The translations under genes were made by a program, and so were the position numbers. The notes under the pieces are model-generated. The model had not been told where the DNA came from. It was given only the letters and a program-made list of their open reading frames with translations, and did not search any database. This document shows positions 40,006 through 43,840 of a stretch of 43,840 nt of DNA, piece by piece; positions within the stretch are counted from its first letter, which is position 1, and each line of letters begins with the position of its first letter. Location of the stretch: the NCBI GenBank assembly GCA_964555455.1, contig CAZKSU010000001.1, positions 1 through 43,840 of the forward strand, in the 5' to 3' direction. The stretch is from an uncultured Carnobacteriaceae bacterium (GTDB taxonomy: Bacteria; Bacillota; Bacilli; Lactobacillales; Carnobacteriaceae_A).

Positions 40006-41214
40006 CTATAAATTGAACGCTTCGCATAGACTCTGCGTCGCTTGTTGATTATATTCGGCATCGATTAAAAATGTAATACTGATTTCTGATGTGGTCACTT
40101 GTGAAAAAGCAATGTGCTGCTGGATCAATGTGCGGAATACTTTAGATGCTACTCCATGCATATCGCGCATCCCGGCGCCGATCACGGACACTTTCACTAA
40201 ATCCTCATTGATCTGGACCTCTAAGGCTGCATAGGTTTCTTGCAATACACCGGTTATGGCGTGAATTTGGTTTTTATCCACTTGCTTGGCCGTGAAGCTG
40301 AACTGCAGCCCCTCTTTATCATCGATTTTTGAAATCATATCGATATTAACTTCACTCTCATCCAAGAGATTAAATAAATGATCCAGTAATTTAAATTCAT
40401 TTGTAGGGTAGGAGAGGACCACTTGAATGATGTCTGTATCTGAGGCCACTCCCGTCACGGCTTTTCTCTCTAGCATTTCTTCATGCGGCATGATCCATGT
40501 TCCTTTCTTGTTCGACAATGTTTTTCCAAGGTAAAGCGGAATATCATTATTAAAAGCAATTTCTACTGACCGGGTTTCTAAAACACCCGCTCCAAGTGAC
40601 GCCATTTCCATCATCTCTTCTGCAGAGATGCGAGCCAATTGTTTGGCTTCTGGATAAAATTTAGGATTGGTGCTGAAGATCCCTTCAACATCCGTATAAA
40701 TTTCGCATGGACAGTCTAATATGGAAGCCAGAGCGGCAGCGGTCGTATCCGATCCGCCCCGGCCGAGCGTAGTCAGTTCACCTAGTTCATTGGTTCCCTG
40801 AAAACCAGCAACAATAATCACATCATTCGTCTCGAAATGCTCCTTGAAGCGATCCACTTCAATTGAAGCGATTTTACTTTTCAGATGATGGCCGACGGTT
40901 TGGATGCCCGCTTGGTAGCCGGTCAATGATTTGGCTTGCACACCGATGCTTTTTAAAGCCATTGACAGATAAGCAATCGATTGCTGCTCGCCGGTAGTCA
41001 GCAGCATCGCTAAATCCTCTTGGTCGGGGTTATCGGTTAATTCGGCTACGTTTTCTACTAAAGTATCTGTTGTATCACCCATGGCGGAAACAACCACCAC
41101 TAATTTTTCATTTTGCTCGGTTCGTTTTTTTAAGTAAGCGGCAATCTTTTTCATTTTTCCAAAATCGCTCACGCTGGAACCGCCATATTTTAAGACTGAT
41201 AATTGATTACTCAC
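40006..41214 (-). CDS. lysC: Aspartate kinase (lysine-sensitive AK II type)
   Basis: LKYGGSSV, VVSAMGDTTD, GFQG, TLGRGGSDTTA and two ACT domains (VSVIGAGM, TSEISI). Confidence 0.95.
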   Translation of the reverse strand: MSNQLSVLKYGGSSVSDFGKMKKIAAYLKKRTEQNEKLVVVVSAMGDTTDTLVENVAELTDNPDQEDLAMLLTTGEQQSIAYLSMALKSIGVQAKSLTGYQAGIQTVGHHLKSKIASIEVDRFKEHFETNDVIIVAGFQGTNELGELTTLGRGGSDTTAAALASILDCPCEIYTDVEGIFSTNPKFYPEAKQLARISAEEMMEMASLGAGVLETRSVEIAFNNDIPLYLGKTLSNKKGTWIMPHEEMLERKAVTGVASDTDIIQVVLSYPTNEFKLLDHLFNLLDESEVNIDMISKIDDKEGLQFSFTAKQVDKNQIHAITGVLQETYAALEVQINEDLVKVSVIGAGMRDMHGVASKVFRTLIQQHIAFSQVTTSEISITFLIDAEYNQQATQSLCEAFNL

Positions 41215-41272
41215 TGCATCACAACTCTTTTCTATAAATATAAGGAATCGATAAGCTGCGCCTGTAGAAAAT

Positions 41273-41303
41273 AAAAAAACAAGTCGACTTCTTCCCGACT
41301 TGT
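41273..41303 (-). terminator. Riboswitch-controlled leader terminator
   Basis: Minus strand ACAAGTCG-ggaagaagt-CGACTTGT followed by a T run. Confidence 0.85.
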
Positions 41304-41316
41304 TATAAATAGTTAT

Positions 41317-41490
41317 TACAAGGGAAGCTCATCATGCAAACTGCTCTGACAGCCCGTAAATTTTTCACCTACAAGCCAACCATTTATAAGCTGTAACTTA
41401 TAAATGATTTCGGCAAAGTTCCCTTTCCATATTTGTAACTTACAGGTTAACTCCAAATATGTACTCATGTTCTCTGCGCCTCAACCACAA
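41317..41490 (-). ncRNA. Lysine riboswitch (L-box) aptamer
   Basis: Minus strand shows GAGGCGC, AUGAGUA, GAAAGG, UGCCGAA, CUGUCA and GAGC in L-box order, upstream of lysC and followed by a terminator. Confidence 0.9.
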
Positions 41491-41516
41491 AATACCGTAT
41501 TCAATTGTTAGTGGTA

Positions 41517-41545
41517 AATATAACAAAGATTTGAGACATTGTAAA
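41517..41545 (-). promoter_or_regulatory. Sigma-A promoter of the lysC operon
   Basis: Minus strand TTTACA-17 nt-TATATT, with a TG extension on the -10. Confidence 0.7.
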
Positions 41546-41597
41546 CCTTTAAACAATTTTAGTTTCTGCAGTTTTCAAAAACCGCCAGAAGCAAAAG

Positions 41598-41628
41598 AAA
41601 AAAGCCCCCTTAAATAGAGGAGCTTTTT
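41598..41628 (-). terminator. Terminator of trhO
   Basis: Minus strand aaaaagctcctct/agggggctttttt hairpin. Confidence 0.65.
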
Positions 41629-41650
41629 AAGAGAGCGTGGATTGCTCTGT

Positions 41651-42628
41651 TTAGTTTACAGCGGAATCTTCATAAAGGGATTCGCCAATCGCATTTAATC
41701 TTTCTTCCCATTGTGCTTCTGAGAAATTATGCTCTTTCACATAGCGGTTTCTTGGGTGCTTGCGGCATTCCGCTGTACATCCGCGCAAGTACTTATGTTC
41801 ATTTTCTTCGCTCATAATGACTTGTTCGTTGCAGTCCGGATTAGTACAGTTGACATAGCGTTCACATGGTTTGCCGTCAAAGTGATCTCTCGCTACAACC
41901 GTGTGTTCCACTTGGTTGATCGGCACAGAAATACGCTCGTCAAAGACATACATGCTTCCTTGCCACAATTCGCCTTTTGTTTCAGGATCTTTTCCGTACG
42001 TATCAATTCCGCCGTGCAGTTGGCCGACTTTGTCTGTAATGCCTTCACGCAGCATCCAGCCGGAGAATTTCTCGCAGCGCACGCCGCCTGTACAATAAAC
42101 GACAACTTTTTTGTCCATGAATTTTTCTTTATTTTCCATGACCCATTCCGGCAATTCCCGGAAGTTGCGGATTTCTGGGCGAATAGCGCCTTTGAAATGG
42201 CCTAAGTCATATTCATAATCATTGCGAGTGTCTAAAACAATGGTATCTTCATCTAAAATCGCTTCTTTAAATTCTTTTGGCTCTAAGTATTCGCCAGTTA
42301 ATTCTTCTGGATCGATATCATCTTCTAATCTTAAAGAGACGATTTCTTCACGGTGACGGACATGCATCTTTTTATGTGCATAATCATCCGCTTCATCTTC
42401 TTTAAACCACAAGTCTTCAAAACCTGGGAGTGAATGCACGTAATCTTTATACTGTTCTGTTTGTTCCACCGTACCAGAGACAGTTCCATTGATTCCTTCA
42501 GAACTGACCAGAATACGTCCTTTTAAACCGGTGCTTTTACAAAAGGCTAAATGTTCTTCTACAAACTTATCTGGGTCTTCAATCGGCTCATACTTATAGT
42601 AGAGCAATACCCGGTAATCTTTTGACAT
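41651..42628 (-). CDS. trhO: Rhodanese-domain tRNA uridine(34) hydroxylase (TrhO/YbfQ, UPF0176)
   Basis: VLLYYKY, LKGRI....[33 protein letters not shown] and C-terminal Cys cluster. Confidence 0.9.
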   Translation of the reverse strand: MSKDYRVLLYYKYEPIEDPDKFVEEHLAFCKSTGLKGRILVSSEGINGTVSGTVEQTEQYKDYVHSLPGFEDLWFKEDEADDYAHKKMHVRHREEIVSLRLEDDIDPEELTGEYLEPKEFKEAILDEDTIVLDTRNDYEYDLGHFKGAIRPEIRNFRELPEWVMENKEKFMDKKVVVYCTGGVRCEKFSGWMLREGITDKVGQLHGGIDTYGKDPETKGELWQGSMYVFDERISVPINQVEHTVVARDHFDGKPCERYVNCTNPDCNEQVIMSEENEHKYLRGCTAECRKHPRNRYVKEHNFSEAQWEERLNAIGESLYEDSAVN

Positions 42629-42746
42629 AATAAATTTCCTCCTTGTAGTTGCAAGCTACAAAAATATTTTCTTCTACCAGCTATTATATACCCAATCGGT
42701 CTCTAGCTCAACTATTTCTGACAAGAAGCATTCTTCTAAGCGAGTT

Positions 42747-42789
42747 TGTAAGCGTTTGGCTTGTGCTCATCTCAATTGCTTTATAAAAT
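42747..42789 (+). promoter_or_regulatory. Promoter of the general stress gene with a CRE-like box abutting the -35
   Basis: TGTAAGCGTTTGGC-TTGTGC-17 nt-TAAAAT. Confidence 0.5.
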
Positions 42790-42835
42790 TAAGAAGAAAT
42801 AAAGAAAGGTTTGAAAATAAAGAGGAGGATGCAAT

Positions 42836-43348
42836 ATGGATGCGAATGAAAGAATCATACATGGCACCTATACAACGACGGATGAGACCATCGATGCTAT
42901 CCGGAGGTTAAATGAAGAAGGGTATACCAAAGACCATATCCGAGTGTATTCAAAGAATCTAGGCGATGAGTCTTATGATGCTTCTGAAGAGCACCCGAAA
43001 AGAGAAGAAGGCTCTTTTGACAGCACAGAAGAGAAACCTCGAAACAGAGAAGGATCTTTTGATATCACGGATGAAAACTCAAGGGAACGAAGCAAAGAAG
43101 GTTCTTTTGACCGTGTAGACAGAAGAGGGACTCCTGAGAATCAAGAGAGGGATAACGGAGACAACGATTCTATCTGGGAGAGTGTAAAAGACTTCTTTAC
43201 GCCGGATACGTATAATTATGAAGAGGTTTCCCAAAGCCCTGACTACAAACCGGATCAGGATATCTTATACCCTTACCGAGAAGATCTCTCAAGAGGGCAT
43301 CATATCATCGTTTTAGATAACCAAAACATGGACAGCGGCAGAGGCTAA
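42836..43348 (+). CDS. General stress protein (YflT/Gsp17M-like) with an internal repeat insert
   Basis: GTY....E...AI..L..EGY....I.V N-terminus, SIWESVKDFF and Y...L..G..IIVL; RBS gaggagg. Confidence 0.7.
   Translation: MDANERIIHGTYTTTDETIDAIRRLNEEGYTKDHIRVYSKNLGDESYDASEEHPKREEGSFDSTEEKPRNREGSFDITDENSRERSKEGSFDRVDRRGTPENQERDNGDNDSIWESVKDFFTPDTYNYEEVSQSPDYKPDQDILYPYREDLSRGHHIIVLDNQNMDSGRG
42965..43120 (+). repeat. Imperfect tandem repeat of about 14-16 aa (EGSFD core) in the stress protein
   Basis: DESYDASEEHPKRE / EGSFDSTEEKPRNR / EGSFDITDENSRERSK / EGSFDRVD; the DNA core agaaggNtcttttga occurs three times. Confidence 0.8.
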
Positions 43349-43360
43349 TCTATTCCTTCT

Positions 43361-43390
43361 AAAAAGTGCTATATTTATAGCACTTTTTTT
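43361..43390 (+). terminator. Terminator after the general stress gene
   Basis: aaaaagtgctata-tt-tatagcactttttt. Confidence 0.8.
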
Positions 43391-43501
43391 GATGCAGGCA
43401 TATCAGTGTTTTCTTCTTTGCAGATAAGGTATTCTAAAGATAAGTTATACAAAATATTATAAGTGTTCATGTTACTCAGAGCACATGAAGGAGCATATAT
43501 T

Positions 43502-43840
43502 ATGAGGAAAAGCATTCTCTTTCTTTCGAGTATCGCATTATTGGCCGGCTGCAGTTCCAATACCCCCGAAGAAGAGCAAGCCGATACTCCGCCCATTGAA
43601 GACGTGGAAGAAGTTGAGGCTGATACAGAAGAAACAAGCAGTGAAGAGGGCGATGCGGAAGACGCTGTACATATCGAAGAGACAGAAACGAGCGAAGAGA
43701 CAAACGAAAGCGTGGAAATTGCCCATCCACTCACCAATATGGTCGATGAAACAACCTTCGTAGATCCTTATGCTTTGCAAGCCTGGTCTGATTATCAGGC
43801 AGTCATTGCGGATGTCACTTATGGAGATATCGATGTGTTG
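43502..43840 (+). CDS. Acidic lipoprotein, 3' end outside the window (not in the supplied ORF track)
   Basis: RBS gaaggag; reads MRKSILFLSSIALLAGC (lipobox LAGC) then an E/D/T-rich linker; no stop codon before the window end. Confidence 0.85.
   Translation, partial: MRKSILFLSSIALLAGCSSNTPEEEQADTPPIEDVEEVEADTEETSSEEGDAEDAVHIEETETSEETNESVEIAHPLTNMVDETTFVDPYALQAWSDYQAVIADVTYGDIDVL

Noticed and set aside
41729-42205. 158-aa ORF antisense to trhO, and the other 60-130 aa ORFs overlapping core genes
   Set aside because: No RBS or recognisable motifs; expected shadow ORFs of well-supported genes
42965-43120. Repeat-spacer pattern as a mini CRISPR array
   Set aside because: The conserved core is only ~15 bp, varies at wobble positions, lies in frame in a CDS, and there are no cas genes
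43375-43780. Three minus-strand ORFs at the window end
   Set aside because: Antisense shadows of the Glu-rich lipoprotein on the + strand

Overview
A 43.8-kb, mostly core-genome segment from a low-GC Firmicute. Gene order and protein sequences point to Lactobacillales of the Carnobacteriaceae/Enterococcus type, and the very acidic exported proteins hint at a halo- or alkali-tolerant host (inference). The first 30 kb is a conserved backbone: ypsC-like methyltransferase, IMPase, ebsB/ebsA, csp, ABC-F, thyA-dfrA-ypmS-msrA-yozE-deoD-ctpA-lepB-rbgA-rnhB-dprA-topA-xerC-hslVU, plsY, parE-parC, usp, an EfrAB-like exporter and ppaC. The last 14 kb is more accessory: K+/H+ antiporter, Mn-catalase, AEC and MATE transporters, PhnA-like protein, a lysine-riboswitch-controlled lysC-asd-dapA-dapB operon, trhO, a general stress protein and a partial lipoprotein. 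I found no CRISPR array, IS element, prophage, tRNA or rRNA. Best leads: (1) a Staphylococcus-like lysine operon that stops after dapB and runs into an uncharacterised two-repeat membrane protein; (2) an attenuator-like leader with a uORF ahead of the MATE pump; (3) an orphan promoter with a CRE-like box and a UCCC-loop hairpin (sRNA candidate) inside a response-regulator relic; (4) QRDR variants in both topoisomerase IV subunits (ParE EGNSA, ParC HGDT); (5) CRE-like boxes at three stress genes. All family assignments come from recognising motifs by eye, not from database searches.
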